Shown here in pieces: positions 11,549 through 24,010 of a DNA stretch of 64,000 nucleotides (position 1 is the first letter of the stretch; each line of letters opens with the position of its first letter). The position numbers were made by a program, and so were the translations under genes. This DNA comes from Lama glama (taxonomy: Eukaryota), in assembly GCA_028534125.1 (NCBI GenBank), contig CM052818.1:34226001-34290000 (forward strand). Reading direction: 5' to 3'. The notes under the pieces were generated by a model. It did not search any database. It was not told where the DNA came from and saw nothing but the letters and a program-made list of their open reading frames with translations.

Positions 11549-13504
11549 TTACATGTTTTTAAATAAAAAAATGAAATAAAATATCTCCAGTACAATTGAA
11601 GCCCTCCTTCCTATTCCCATCCCTCTCCCTTGAGGCTGATAGAAATCTCTCCCACTCACGATTGTTTTTACTATGTTTTGCAAATTTAAAAAATGTAAAC
11701 AAATGGTATTATACTGTCCATGTCCGTTTGCAACTTGCTTTTTTTATTCGACATCTTTAAGATTCATTTATGTAGATACATTTCATTCACTTAAATTAAT
11801 TCATCACATGAAAGCTCCTCCAGGTATGTGTTCATTTCTGAATTCATGGAAATTTACTGCTACATGTAGTACTTGAGCATCTCACGCATGCGAGAGCAGT
11901 CCCCGCATCCAGGGTAGATGTTGCCAGGAAGTGGAATTGTTGCTTCATGACACATGGGCATCTCCAATTATGCCAGACATGACCAAGGAACAGCTAACTC
12001 AGTGGGGCTTCCTGGAGCCTGGTGGCTGACCAGAACTGCCCATTCATCAACCCAAGCCCTTAGTTTTTCTGTATGTGTTGTTTTTATTTTTGTTTTATAA
12101 CATAAACTACTGTCCAGCCAAGCATTCCTCAGTGTGTATGTGGCATTCATTTCTTCTGTGAATGTGAGACTTCACATCTCTCACTGGTAAGTTAACATGA
12201 ACTTTAGGACCATTTGTTTAACCAACAAACACAGTATCATGACATACTTTGGCAGGATATGAAACATAATTTTACTATTTCAAAGGGTTATTATTTTGTT
12301 TTTGATATTTATGATATACTGCTGGGTAAATCTGGATTTATTTGATGCCCAGTCATGTTACCCCTATTGCCCATTTGTTCTCTAAGAAAAGCCAGTACCC
12401 AACGCTAATCTACTTTATGACACAGTTCCCAGGCATACATTTGGCAGGAACTTGTACTGAGCTCAATCTGAACCTGTTATTATAAATGTCAACTTTATGC
12501 TTCAGAAGTTACCAGACCACTGTGGGTGCATGAGTTTCCATATTGACCAGAGACCTGCTCAGCAAATTGGAAAGAAATTTCACATATAATTTATTTGCTG
12601 ACATCCCTGTGTTGGAAAGAACAATGTATTGGCCCTTCCTGGCTTTGTCAGGACAAAGATCTTTGGAGAGTCACTCTCTTACCATCTTCTACATTGCTGC
12701 AGCTCTAGTCACATTTTGCTGAGTTCCCAGTAGCAAAGGTTTTTTTCTCTTACTCCCTCTCAACCCCCTCACTAAAGAAAAAGGCTTGGTTCTCTTGCTC
12801 CAAGATCAAGAATCAATAGGTCAAAGCACATATTTTGTGCCCAGCTGTTGAGAAGGTACTTGGGCCAGAGCTAATTTGCAGGGTTTTTCACTGGGGATGG
12901 TAAAGGGACTTCCTGGAGCATATTTTCATACTAGTGCACAGAAAAGGGGTGTGTTTGGGGGAAGTGATTGGAATCATAAGAGCAGGATCTGCTACTATCT
13001 CAATGTATAGATTAAGGGCAACTCAATCTTTATAGAGGGAACAATCCTGCGCAGAGAATCAAATAAGTATTTGGATGTGCTTTGCAAACTAAATCCAATG
13101 CAAGCATTTCCACACTTCTTAACACAGTTGGGAAAGCCATCATCATTTGTTCAGATGGATCTGCTTCTCTCAGAATTGCTGAACCACTTCCTTTTCTTTT
13201 CATGTTAAAATTATCTTCCATCTTTCACTTATACTTGCTCAAAGTGCAAGAGAAAAAAGAATAACCAGCTCAGTGGTTTCTCTCTTGCTCTGAGTAATTT
13301 CCTTCATCTTTAGGGATCTATTAGCTGCTCACTGTCCCTCTGGAAAGCCAGCTCTTAAACAGCACCACTCCTTGGGACGTAAGAAATTCCCCAAAGGAGG
13401 GCCTGAGCATTTCATCAAGTGAGATGATGCATATATGGTAGTTATACCCACACCTGGCACTCAGTAAACACCTCCCTCATCCTGAAACCTAAGCCCACCA
13501 GCTA

Positions 13505-13650
13505 TGACTAGCTCCATGGGTACATGGCCTGTGCGGTCTCACAGGGCCCTGCATTTAGAAGGGCTCTGCCCTGGTTTAATCTCTGCTGTTGAAATCCTTA
13601 ATAATTTTTTTTTAACAAGGAGTCCCACATTTTTACCAGCTCCACTGGCC
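13505..13650. mobile_element. MER91A-like hAT-Tip100 element
   Basis: catggg..catggcctgtgcggtctcacagggccctgcatttagaagggc...tggtttaat...gaaatccttaataattttt...aacaagg. Confidence 0.7.
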
Positions 13651-14291
13651 TGACTGAGGGACATCACACTCCTGTAACAGGCTTACGCTGGCTTCATTGC
13701 CAGTTCATCCAGCTCACACAGGGACTCAAGACACTGACCCTTTCTCTGATAATTCCCTTCCAGGCCACTTGGATGCTGACCACTGTTCTATCTTCTCTTG
13801 AAGTCTCCCCTCCATTTTCTATCAAATACTCCTTTACAAACAAACAAACAAACAAAATAACACCCCTCCCCCCAACTAGCTTTTCTCCAGGACATCAAGT
13901 GATTCGTGATCAGTTCCTTGGGGTCACCCACTCTGTGCCTCTGGCTACATACAGCTCTCAAGCCTTTTCTTGGCCCATAATTTGCAGCCTGTTGAGTTCA
14001 TTCTGCAAATTGTACATTGGAATTAACTGCACTCCTAAACTTCCTTTCACTTTTCACTCCAACCTTCTGGGTCTGCAGCCTCTACCACATTGTCTAGGGC
14101 ATGGGTCCCATATCCTGACCTTGCAGCGCTCTCCCTCTAAGCATTACCATTTCTAAAACTCACCCTTCATTCTTTGAATTTTCAGCAGAGGACTCAGGCA
14201 ACATTCAGTCTGCAATATACTTTGGGAAAAGGCCATTTTCCCACACTTAATCTGCCTGCCATTTAAAGGCACATTAATGCTATATTTAGAG

Positions 14292-14545
14292 GCAAAATAG
14301 TAGAGTGATAAGAATCAGGCTTTAAGGCAGGCAGATCTAGATTTAAATTCCAGACCTGTCACGTATAGTTGTATGACCCTGGGCAAGTTATTTAATGTCT
14401 TTAAGCTCCATTTCCCCATTTATAAAATGGGATACTACTACATCCCTTGTGGGGTTACTGTGAGAATTAAGTGAGATAATGCACGTGAAGCATCTAGGAC
14501 ACTACCTGCACATAGCAGGAGTCCAATGAATACTGGTGATTTATA
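14292..14545 (+). mobile_element. Near full-length MIR SINE
   Basis: tgtatgaccctgggcaagttatttaa...ttccccatttataaaatggga...gtgagaattaagtgagataatgcacgtgaagc. Confidence 0.85.
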
Positions 14546-14730
14546 TCATTATAACTATTATAGTTAATAAACAATAAGCATAATTTGTAGGTAGCACAAA
14601 TGTGCACATCATGTTATGTGTATCAGATGCTCTAGAAGAGGTGAGAAATACAATCACATTAAGGTGCTTAGAGTCCAGTTAGCAAACAGGGCAAGAAGAG
14701 AGTTCATTTTTAATAGAAATGACTTCAAGA

Positions 14731-14882
14731 GGGGAGGGTATAGCTCCAAAGTAGAGTGCATGCTTAGCAGGCATGAGGTCCTGGGTTCAATCCTGCAGTA
14801 CCTCTATTAAAATAAACAAACAAACAAACAAATAAATAAAACCTAATTACCCCCTCTCCTACAAAAAAAATTAAAAAAAGAA
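14731..14882 (+). mobile_element. vic-1-type SINE, long form
   Basis: A/B boxes, (aaac)n(aaat)n middle and aaacctaattacccc segment; perfect 14-bp TSD agaaatgacttcaa at 14715-14728 and 14883-14896. Confidence 0.92.
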
Positions 14883-15449
14883 AGAAATGACTTCAAAATA
14901 ATGACAGTACAAAGCAGCATGGGATAACATTCCTCAATGTTGATAGCAGCATCAAGTTCAAAAGAAGACCAGAGGAGGGGATGGCCACAGTAGGATGGGC
15001 AGGCTGAGGGCTGGCAGGGGGGCAGGATGTGATGCTCTGGGGAAGGAAATGATGTGGACAGAGCTGGGGGCACAGCTGGAGGGCAGAGAATAGACCTGTT
15101 TGGTTTTGGCTGAGGTAGGTCTGATGAAAACACCAAACTGTGTGGACCTTGATGAACCTGGATTCTGTCGGTTGGCAAAGTGCAGCCACTTGTGTGTTGT
15201 GGAGGTGGTGGTAATAGGGGGGGCTTCAGGAGTGTGGGGCATAGGAGTACATTTACAGAGAGGACTCGGGTCACCCCCATCCCTGGACACATCTGTAGTC
15301 ACAGCAGGCTTCTCTGGGTGGAGCAAGAACATGAAAATCAGACCCGAGAGCATTACTTCAGCTGCACAGTGCAGACTTAACTGCAGTGCTGAGATGATGG
15401 ACCTCAGCCTGGGAGCTGGGATGGAAGGACACATGTGAACCCTGTTTCT

Positions 15450-16640
15450 GGGAAAGTAGCAGCCAGGTTTGATGACCGAAGAGGAGGGGATATAAACAGT
15501 GGGGGAGGTTTTAGGCTTGTGTGGCTGAAAAAATTGTATCAGGAAAGGAACAACCACATTTGGGAGGGAAGGGGCTTCTTAGACATCTTCAGGCAGAGCT
15601 GATTGAGGGACATTCCAGTGGAGATGAAAATCACTGATCAAAACCAATATATGCTGACTGTGTCCTCAGTGCCTGTTTAATTCTCACAACAGTCCAGTGA
15701 AGTAGGTGTCTTATAATCCCCATTATTCAGATGAGGACACTGAGGGTTGCAATTTGTATCTATTAGGCTGGGAGGAACAACTCTTCCCATCCATTCCGGA
15801 GCAGGGTGAATAAAAGAGATGATGAGAGGAGACATGGAGGAGAGCTGGCCCCAGACTTCTTAGCAAAACAGGAAATGAAGCCAAATTCCCAGAGGAAAGG
15901 TTTGGGGAAAATGAGGAATGTTGAACTGAGCCAAGGTGAGGTTTAAGAAAATCGTCTGGGAAATGCACCACGGAATCAACAAGAGAGGGCTGAACTCAAT
16001 GTGCTGTTGTAAGAGGCCAGTTCTGTGAAGCCAGGAGCTGGGAAAGAGAAAGCAGGCTGGGAGAGCTGAGGGAATGGGGAGCCGGGGGCTGACACAGGGG
16101 TCCAGGTGGAGGCCCAGCACAGCCCCAAATGGGGAGGGGTCCTGGAGAGGGCCCAGAGTTTGGTTGGAGCTTAGAGCGACATTTGAGTTTTTATGTTTGT
16201 TAGAAATACAGCTCAATTCTTTGATGGTGTGTGGAGGCAGGAGGTGTGGTGGGAGAGGCCTGAACTCTGGAGCCTGGCAGACCTAGATCTGAGGTCTGGC
16301 TTTATCGCTGAGGAGTCTTGTGCTCCTGGGCAAGTGAGCTCTGGCTTGTGAGGATGAGGGTGCCATTTCCAGGAGAGAAGCAGGGTTGTGGTGGATGTGT
16401 TGAGTTTGGGGCAGGTGCTCAGAGGTGTCTAGGCTGTAGCTATAAATCTGAAAGTCAACAGTAATAGATCACCTGGGGAGAGAAGATGAGTATGAGCAGA
16501 AGGCACTAGCGGGTAGGATGCCGAGAAGCAATCACCGTAGGGAGGAGTAAGACAAGACCAGGAAGGAGACTGGGAAGGAGAGCAAAGAGATAGGAGGAGG
16601 AGCGGGCTGCCATGGGGTTCTGGAAACCAAGAAAGTCCTC
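15450..16640 (-). mobile_element. Fragmented L2 LINE with interspersed MIR pieces
   Basis: Purine-rich reverse-complement L2 motifs such as gagtttggggcagg, agatcacctggggagagaag and gaaggagactgggaaggag...tggaaaccaagaaag. Boundaries approximate. Confidence 0.5.
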
Positions 16641-17951
16641 CCACCAAGGCAAGAATCTCCCTAGCTCACTGACTTCAACATTTGAGCTGCCCTAGAGGTT
16701 AAGATGCCCTCGAGGGAGGCCCAAGCTCCCCCTCCCTGATGTGAGCAGATGAGGTAGCTTTCAGGTCCCAGGGACAGTGGACACACCTGCTCAGGAAGCT
16801 CTGATTTAAGCCTGCCTGGTTCCTGCTCAACAGGGAGGCTCCCAGCACACAGAGAACTACTAACAGTGAGCATGCTGCTGAGAGGGAGAGAAAGGTCTGA
16901 GATTTGCTGTGAAATCCCCATCTTGCCTCCTCCTTTCAGCCCCATCAATAAAGAACAGGCCTGACTGCCATGCTGCGGGGAGCAGCTGGGTCAGGCACAG
17001 GTCAGAGGGAGGCCGTACAAGAGCTCTTGCTCCCCCTTCCCTTCTGTAGCAAATTCCTCAGGACAAAGCGGTGCTGGCTCTCTCCAGGGCTGCTTGTGTG
17101 GGCATGCTGGCGGCAGAATCACCGGCCAAGACTGGAAAGGCTAATACGAGAGGACCCCACAGGGAAAGATGGTTCCTTGGTTCTGGGATTCTCACCCCTG
17201 CAGGGACCAAGGTAGCAGGGGAGTAAACCCACTACAGAAACTTTCGGATGAAACTAGGCCCAGAGAGAATCTCCTGGAGGTCTGCAGATCAGCACGGGGA
17301 CCTGGTCCCTTCCTCCCTCAATGCACGAAGTGCTCCTGGAGAGGGTCACCTGCACAGCAAAGTACTTCCCTCATCTAATCTTCACATCCACCGTGTTGGA
17401 AAGAAGTTTTTTACCATCTCAGTTTTTTAGAGATCAGCCGAGACTGGGATCTAGATATTTTTACTCCAAATCTCATAACACTAAGAACAGATCTGATACC
17501 AACAAAATGGTAACTAAGCAGAGCCTCAGCCTGGGGCGATCCCACCCCAGCTTCAGGGTCTCCCGGAGGGTATATTTAAAATAGACAACTGATAGGGAAG
17601 TATATACAACAGCCCTAACATTTTCTCATTTTGGAACTAGAAATACATGAATGCCAACTGGTGGGAGAAATGTAAAAACATGCATGGTTTTCATCGTGAG
17701 ACTTGATGAACATTTCCATGGTTAAGATATTTTCCTTAAACCCTGGAATGAATTGTGTTAATTCCCAACCCAACAAGACTAGAATGTCCCAGGGACACAG
17801 AAGCAGCCTGCTAGCAAAAAGTGACACGACTCCCACGGACACCATCGGACCACTGTGGCAGTTAGCTCCTGGGGAAATAAACTTTACTGACAGCCTGCTC
17901 CGTGCAAGGTTCTCAGCATTTGTTGTCTTATTTGATCCTCAAAATGACTCT

Positions 17952-18471
17952 AATCGAAAGCAAGGACCCAAATAGATATCTGTGCATCCATGTCCAGAGC
18001 AGCACTATTCATAATAGCCAAAACGTGGAAGCAACCCAAGTGTCTACTGACAGATGAATGGGTAAACAAAATGTGGTAGATACATAAAGTGGATGTTATC
18101 CAACCCTAAAAAGGAAGGAAATTATGACACACACTACAACATGGTTGAGCCTTGAGGACATTATGCTCAGTGAAATAAGCCAGTCACAAGCAGACAAATA
18201 CTGTAATGATCCCTTATACGAGGTGCCCCGAGTAGTCAACTTCACAGAGATGGAAAGTGAAATTGTGGTTGTCAGGGGCCATGGGGAGTAGGGAATGGGG
18301 AAGTTAGCATTTAATGGATACAGAGTTTCAGTTGGGGAAGCTAAGAAAGTTCTGGAGATGGATCATTGTGGTGACAACATTGTGAATGCACTTAATGTCA
18401 CTGAATTGTATACTTAAAAATAGTTTAAACAATAAATTTTATGTTATATATATTTTATCAATAAAATTTAA
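17952..18471 (+). mobile_element. L1MB-like LINE-1 3' end inserted into a MIR
   Basis: gcagcactattcataatagccaaaacgtggaagcaacccaagtgtc ... gttctggagatggat ... ctgaattgtatacttaaaaa. Flanked by similar aaaatgactct / aaaattattct; MIR halves lie on both sides. Confidence 0.85.
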
Positions 18472-20630
18472 AAAATTATTCTGTAGGGTACAGGTTACTC
18501 CTCTCATTTTACAGATAAGAAAAATGGGGCTCAGAGGAAATCACGCAGCCAGACTGAATGAGGGCCCATCTGCCTGGAACCCCAGGTTTCCTTTACATCA
18601 TGCCACCCCTTCTAGAGCTCAGGAGAGCCCTGGCTGACTGTGGGGCTCCCTGGCTCCAGGATTCCTCTGTCAAAGGATGGAGAAAAGCCCAAGTGAAACT
18701 GGACCTAACTGCAGTCTAGAAACAGAAGGGTAGGTGTGGTTTGGGCTTGAATTATGGGGCTAAAGCTGAGAACTGTGCCAACATCTAAAATTATGAAATG
18801 AGGAGCTCCAGGCATCTCTCTAATCCAGAATGATTATCTTCACTGCTGAGCATCCAATTTAAATTCATTGTGTTTAATACAAAGCCGCAGAACAGAGCAG
18901 GCTGTCTCCCAACATGCAGTTACCATGGAGACTGGAGATGATCCTCAGAGGGAGTTATGTGGCGGAGAGAACGTGGCTGCCAGCTTCTGAGAAGCCGAGG
19001 GGCCTGGGGAAACCATTCTAAAAGAGAGCGGCACAGAGGGGCCTTTTGTCATCCCTCTTAGCAAGGCCCCTTCTCATCCCAAAGCAGGAAAGTTTACAGA
19101 CAAGCAGGCCACCACCATCTTTATTAAAAGTCCAGGCTGCCCGCAGATGCCAGAGAAGAGGGGTTTATCAACAATCCAGAAATAAACCACATGTAACCCT
19201 ATGTGCTCTCCTTCCCTCATCTACTCCAGTGTTGGTGAGTCCTCTTTTTGGTCCCAAATCCAAGTGATACCAGTGCTATCAAACTGTGGAGGGAGGCTGC
19301 CCTGAGGCCTCCCTGGATCCGTGGTGTTGAGGAATGTGGGCTGGAGTCAAGGCGGGGAGGCAGGCAGACCCAGGCCTGTACTTCTTAGCGTGGCAAGTTA
19401 CGTCACCTGTCTGAGACTCAGCTTCCCTGCCCTGAAAAGAAGGATAATGAGGCTGCCTGAGGGGGGCTTTAAAGATCACAGTCAGTGTATAATGGACATG
19501 GAAGCTCAGTGCACCCCATTGGAGGGGGCAGGGGATGGAAGTTCAGCTGTAGGTCCTGTGGGGAAGTGTGCACACCATGCTCTATGTGGGGGGCTGGGAG
19601 CCCAAGCCCATCAGAGGCTCAGCCTGCTCCCTTCTGAATACTGTTTTCCAGACAGCAGGAAAAATAGACTCTTTGGTGGCCCACTAAGTCTGAAGCTTAG
19701 AGATTCAGAGCCAGAGTGCTCTCCCAAATATGAATCCTAGAGTATCTTAAGCCTGGCAAAGTGAGAGTTAGGGTACCAAATCAGGAAAGAGCTATAGCCT
19801 AGGCCTGGTGGTAACAGAGGGTACCAAAGAGAATAGAAACCTGTCAGAGAGTAGGGGAGAGGGTGGCAACAACTCAGTGGTGAGAATTCCAGTCCACAAA
19901 AGTTTAATCCTAAGCTAGTCTGCTCAGAATTCCTGGCCCACTCTTGTTCTCTACTGACTCTAAATGTAAAAGGGAGAGGGAGCAGAATGAACTCTTCCCC
20001 ACACCGTCACCACAATTTAGTGTACATTAAGATACAGATCACGTGAAGACAACATATTGAGATCAGTATGTAACCAAGCATCAGGGAGAACAACACATGG
20101 CCCTCATCTGAACTCCCAGCACCCAATAAAGTTCCTTTTAACACACACAACCCACAGATTTTTTTTTCTCTCCAAATAACTTGAGAAAATTTTGAAGAAA
20201 ATTCTTAACTTTTAGCTAATAGAAGGGGACCATGCTAAGGGCTGAGAAAGTTTATCAAGTGCTTGGTTAAAGCACTCTGTTTACAGTTTTCTTAAGGTTT
20301 TGGTTTACAGCCTGCACTAAAAAGTTTGTTTCCAAGAAGATAGCCAAAACAATGTTGGAAAAGAAGGACAAAGTTGAAGGACTTATATTACCTGCTTTCA
20401 AGACTTCCTGTAAAGCTATGATAATCAAAACAGTGTGGTATTGGTGTAAAGATAGAGAAATAGACTGAAAGAACAGAAAAGAGAGTGCAAAAATAGACCC
20501 ACATACACAGTCAACTGATTTTTGACAAGGGATACTCTTTTCAACAAGCTGTGTTGGAGCAATTGTATAGCCATACACAAAAAACTGACCCTCAACCCTC
20601 ACCATACACCATATGTAAGAACTAACTTAA

Positions 20631-20736
20631 GAGGGGGAGAGTAGAGCTCAGTGGTAGGGTGCATGCTTAGCATGCACAAGATCCAGGGTTCAATCTCTAT
20701 TATCTCCATTAAAAAAACAAAACACAAAAACAGGAA
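20631..20736 (+). mobile_element. vic-1-type SINE, short form
   Basis: agagctcagtggtagggtgcatgcttagcatgcacaagatccagggttcaatc; TSD aactaacttaa at 20620-20630 and 20737-20747. Confidence 0.88.
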
Positions 20737-21048
20737 AACTAACTTAAAATGGATCATAGACCTAAATGAAAGAGCTAAGATGATAAAACTTCTAAAAGAA
20801 AACATAGGAGAAAATCTAGTGGATTTCACAAAAATTTCTTGATTATAGCACATAAACTATGAAAGAAAAAAAATCAGTAAGTTGAACTTCAAAATTTTAA
20901 ACTTTTGCTCTTCCTAAGACACTGTTTATGAAAATGAAGAGGTAAGTCACAGCCTGGGAGAAAATATTTGCAAAATATATACCCAACAAATGACTTGTAA
21001 CTAGAATATATAAACAACTCTGACAACCCAATAAAAAGAAGACCAGCA

Positions 21049-21149
21049 GTGCTCACTGTGGCAGCAGTAAACTTGGAATGATACAGAGAAGATTAGCATG
21101 GCCTCCTCACAAGGATGACATGCAGGTTTGTGAAGCATTCCGTATTTTT
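21049..21149 (+). pseudogene. U6 snRNA retropseudogene (5' part of a U6/L1 chimera)
   Basis: gtgctcactgtggcagcag-taaacttggaatgatacagagaagattagcatggcctcctcacaaggatgacatgcaggtttgtgaagcattccgtattttt aligns end to end with U6. The ACAGAGA box is intact, with a ~7-nt deletion and CpG decay. The upstream flank is L1 sequence, not a U6 promoter. Confidence 0.95.
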
Positions 21150-21428
21150 CAGTTAGAAGGTAAATAAGTACTAGGGATGTAATATACAACATGATAAATG
21201 TAATTAACACTGCTATATAGTATTTGTGAAAGTTGTTAAGAGTAAATCTTGAGTTCTTATCACACGGATAAAACTTTTTTCTTTTTCTTTTATTTTGTAT
21301 CTCATGATGATGGATGTTCACTAAACTTATTGTGATAATCATTTCATAAGTGCAGTCATTATGTTGTACATCTTAAACTTATACAGTGCTGTATAGCAAT
21401 TATATTTCAATAAAACTAGAAGGAAAAA
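21150..21428 (+). mobile_element. LINE-1 3'UTR terminus fused directly to the U6 copy
   Basis: cagttagaaggtaaataagtactagggatgtaatatacaacatg ... ttaaacttatacagtgctgtatagcaattatatttcaataaaactagaaggaaaaaa, with AATAAA and an A-tail. Confidence 0.88.
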
Positions 21429-21480
21429 ATTAAGATTTACCTATTCTGGACATTTTATTAAAAAAAAAAAGAAAGGATTA

Positions 21481-21612
21481 GGGGTATAGCTCAGTGGTAG
21501 AGTGCATGCTTAGTGTGCACGAGGTCTTGGGATCAATCCCCAGCACCTCCATTAACAACAACAACAACAAAAATTGTAAAGAAAAAAAAATTAAATACTA
21601 AAAAAAAAAAAA
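21481..21612 (+). mobile_element. vic-1-type SINE, short form, in the A-tail of the U6/L1 chimera
   Basis: ggggtatagctcagtggtagagtgcatgcttagtgtgcacgaggtcttgggatcaatccccagcacctccatt with (aac)n and A-tail. Confidence 0.88.
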
Positions 21613-22527
21613 AGAGAGAGATCAATGACTCAACTAAAACATAGGCAAAAGATGTGAATTCTTCATCAAAGATATACACAGAGCAAATAAGCACATGTAA
21701 AGACATTCAACATTAGCCATTAAGGAAATGCAAATTAAAACCACAAGGAGCTATCATTTGTTAGAATGGCTAAAATTAAACAGACTGATCATAACAAGTG
21801 CTGGCAAAGATGTGGAGCCTGGAAGGAATATAAAATGTTACAACCACTTTGGAAAACAGTTTGGCAATTTCTTAAAAAGCTAAATGTACACCTACCATCT
21901 ATCCTACATGTCCCACTTCGAGGTAGTTACACAAGGAAATGTGAGCGTATGTCCACACAAACACTTGTATGCAAATGTTAATAGTAGCTTTGTCTGTAAT
22001 AGCCAAAAACTTAAGAATGCTAAGTCAAAGAAACCAGACCAAAAAAAGAATACATACTGTATTACTCCATTTATATAAAAATGTGAGAAAATGCAAATTA
22101 ATCCTCAGCGACAGAAAACGGGTCAGTGGTTACCTGATGTTGAGAAGGATTACAAGGGACACAAAGAAACTTTAGGGAGTGATGGATATGTTCATTATAT
22201 TAACAGTGATGGCTCCGCAGTGTATATATTTTTCAAAGCGTATCAAATTATACACTCTGAAAATGTGTGGCTTATTGTATGTCAATTATACCCAAATCCA
22301 GTTGTTGAAAAAAAAAAGTATAACATATAGATTAAAAAAAAGGTGCCTCATTGGGTTACCTAATCATGACCTTCTTCGTTTTATACTCTTCCCAAGAATA
22401 GAGCTCACCAACATCCATCAAGTTTAAGTTTATTTTTTAATACTGAGAATATTGTAGAGAGTTTAAATGTAAAGAGAAAAGTTATTTTTGAATTCATTCA
22501 TCTCTAGTGGTACTTCCAGCTCTACCA

Positions 22528-22640
22528 CTGTGTGCATGAGTAAGTGCATGTGTGTGTATGTGACAGTGAGTGTGTGACTGTGAATGTGTGAGTATGAGGA
22601 TGTGAAGGTGTCTCACGGTGTGAATGTGTGTGTGTGGTGT
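22528..22640. repeat. Degenerate (TG)n-rich simple repeat
   Basis: Runs of tgtgtg interrupted by a/c. Confidence 0.7.
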
Positions 22641-23784
22641 GAGAGATAAACATCGGTTAATGAGAAAGTTCTTACTATATGTGGCCTACAGCTTTATCTT
22701 CATATAGTCACTAATTAAGGATCCTTAGAGCTCCTAATTTTTAATTAACAGGAAATAAAAAAGGATCAGAAGGAGAGAAAAACATGGTTGGCAACAGGGA
22801 TAACCTGAGGGAACAATGGGGCAGAAACTACCATGGTGTCTACACACATTTCCACCTGCAGTGCAATAAACCATTCTAAGACATGCACCTGACATTTAGC
22901 ACAGAAATCTGGCAACTTCAGATCACAGTTAACCTCAGCAAAGTTTGAGAGAAGAGATATTTTCAACTGAGATTTTTGAAGCATTCCATAAGGTCATATT
23001 CAAATATTTCTTGAAATATTAAAAATATGCAGGTTTTCAGAAAAGAAAAAGGAAGAAAAAGACATCATTCATGTATTATATGCATCACTAAAGTATACAT
23101 ACAATACATCATGTATTTTTCTTCTTTCTTTTTTTTTAAACCCCAGAGGATGCGAGTATAAAAGCAGAACTTGCATGCGGTATGAAAAGTTTCCAAGATG
23201 CTTGGGTTCAATCATACATGGTTCATTTATTTCTATTCCTGAATTAAGGGTTTTAAAAAGCAATAATATCTCTGTATAGATCAGTCAGTTCTTTGCAAAC
23301 ATTCTTATTCTAGGAATTGAGGAGCTGTTTGGTCACCACAGGAGATTTTTTTCCCTCAATACTAGATTTAAAAATTTGTAAGAAATGACAGATCTCCTCT
23401 CTTACGTTTGTTCTAAGAAAGGTCAACCTGGCCTACGTGTTGGTCTGCAATTATGTAGACGTAGAATGGAAGTTGCCAGCAAGGGTTTGTTAAGCAAGAC
23501 ACCTGGTTTGAAGCAGGACATCTTTAAATAGCTCCTGATACCTGCTGAGTTTATGACTGGCTATTTCTGTCTTTAAGAGAAAAGAAGGAGAGAAAAAATT
23601 ATCTAGAAATCATCACCATTACTATTAGGCTCCATCTGAAATCTAAAACACAGAGTCAACCTTGATAGCAGAGATGGAAATCAATTTTTTTGTTCCTGTT
23701 TGATGTCTAACAGTTTAACACATATACACAAGAAGAAACTGTACAATTGGACTTTCCAGGAGTTAGTCCTCAATCAGCATGGTC

Positions 23785-24010
23785 TATCTATTTAACATAC
23801 ACTCATATAGTGCTTACTAAGCACTAAGTACTATTTTAAGTTCTTTACCAGCAGTAACTCACACACCTAAAGTTGAACCATAATCTCCATTTTCCAGCGA
23901 AGGAAACTGAGAGACTGAGAGAGATTAACTTGTCCAAATCACATACCCAGTAAATGTGGAGCTGAAATTCAAACTCTGGCAGCCTACCGCAGTCTGTGCT
24001 CATGACTGTC
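23785..24010 (-). mobile_element. MIR SINE
   Basis: tagtgcttactaagcac...ctccattttccagcgaaggaaactgagagactgagagagattaacttgtccaaatcacatacccagtaaatgtggagctgaaattcaaact. Confidence 0.8.

Larger units (their letters stand above)
20335..22320 (+). mobile_element. Old LINE-1 (ORF2 C-terminal region plus 3'UTR), host of nested insertions
   Basis: Degenerate ORF2 pieces (aaagctatgataatcaaaacagtgtggtattgg; LKWIIDLNERAKMIKLLKENIGENL; QPLWKTVWQFLKKLN) ending in tgtcaattatacccaaat...A-tail. Confidence 0.88.

Noticed and set aside
4060..15557. Long ORFs 4060-4644 (+), 14843-15292 (-) and 14958-15557 (-) as novel proteins
   Set aside because: No recognisable domains. They overlap SINE/L2-type or low-complexity intronic DNA, or lie antisense to a DPYSL5 exon, and ORFs of this length are expected by chance with alternative starts allowed.
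21049..21149. Functional U6 snRNA gene
   Set aside because: The upstream flank is L1 sequence with no recognisable PSE, there is an internal deletion and many substitutions, and it is fused to an L1 tail.
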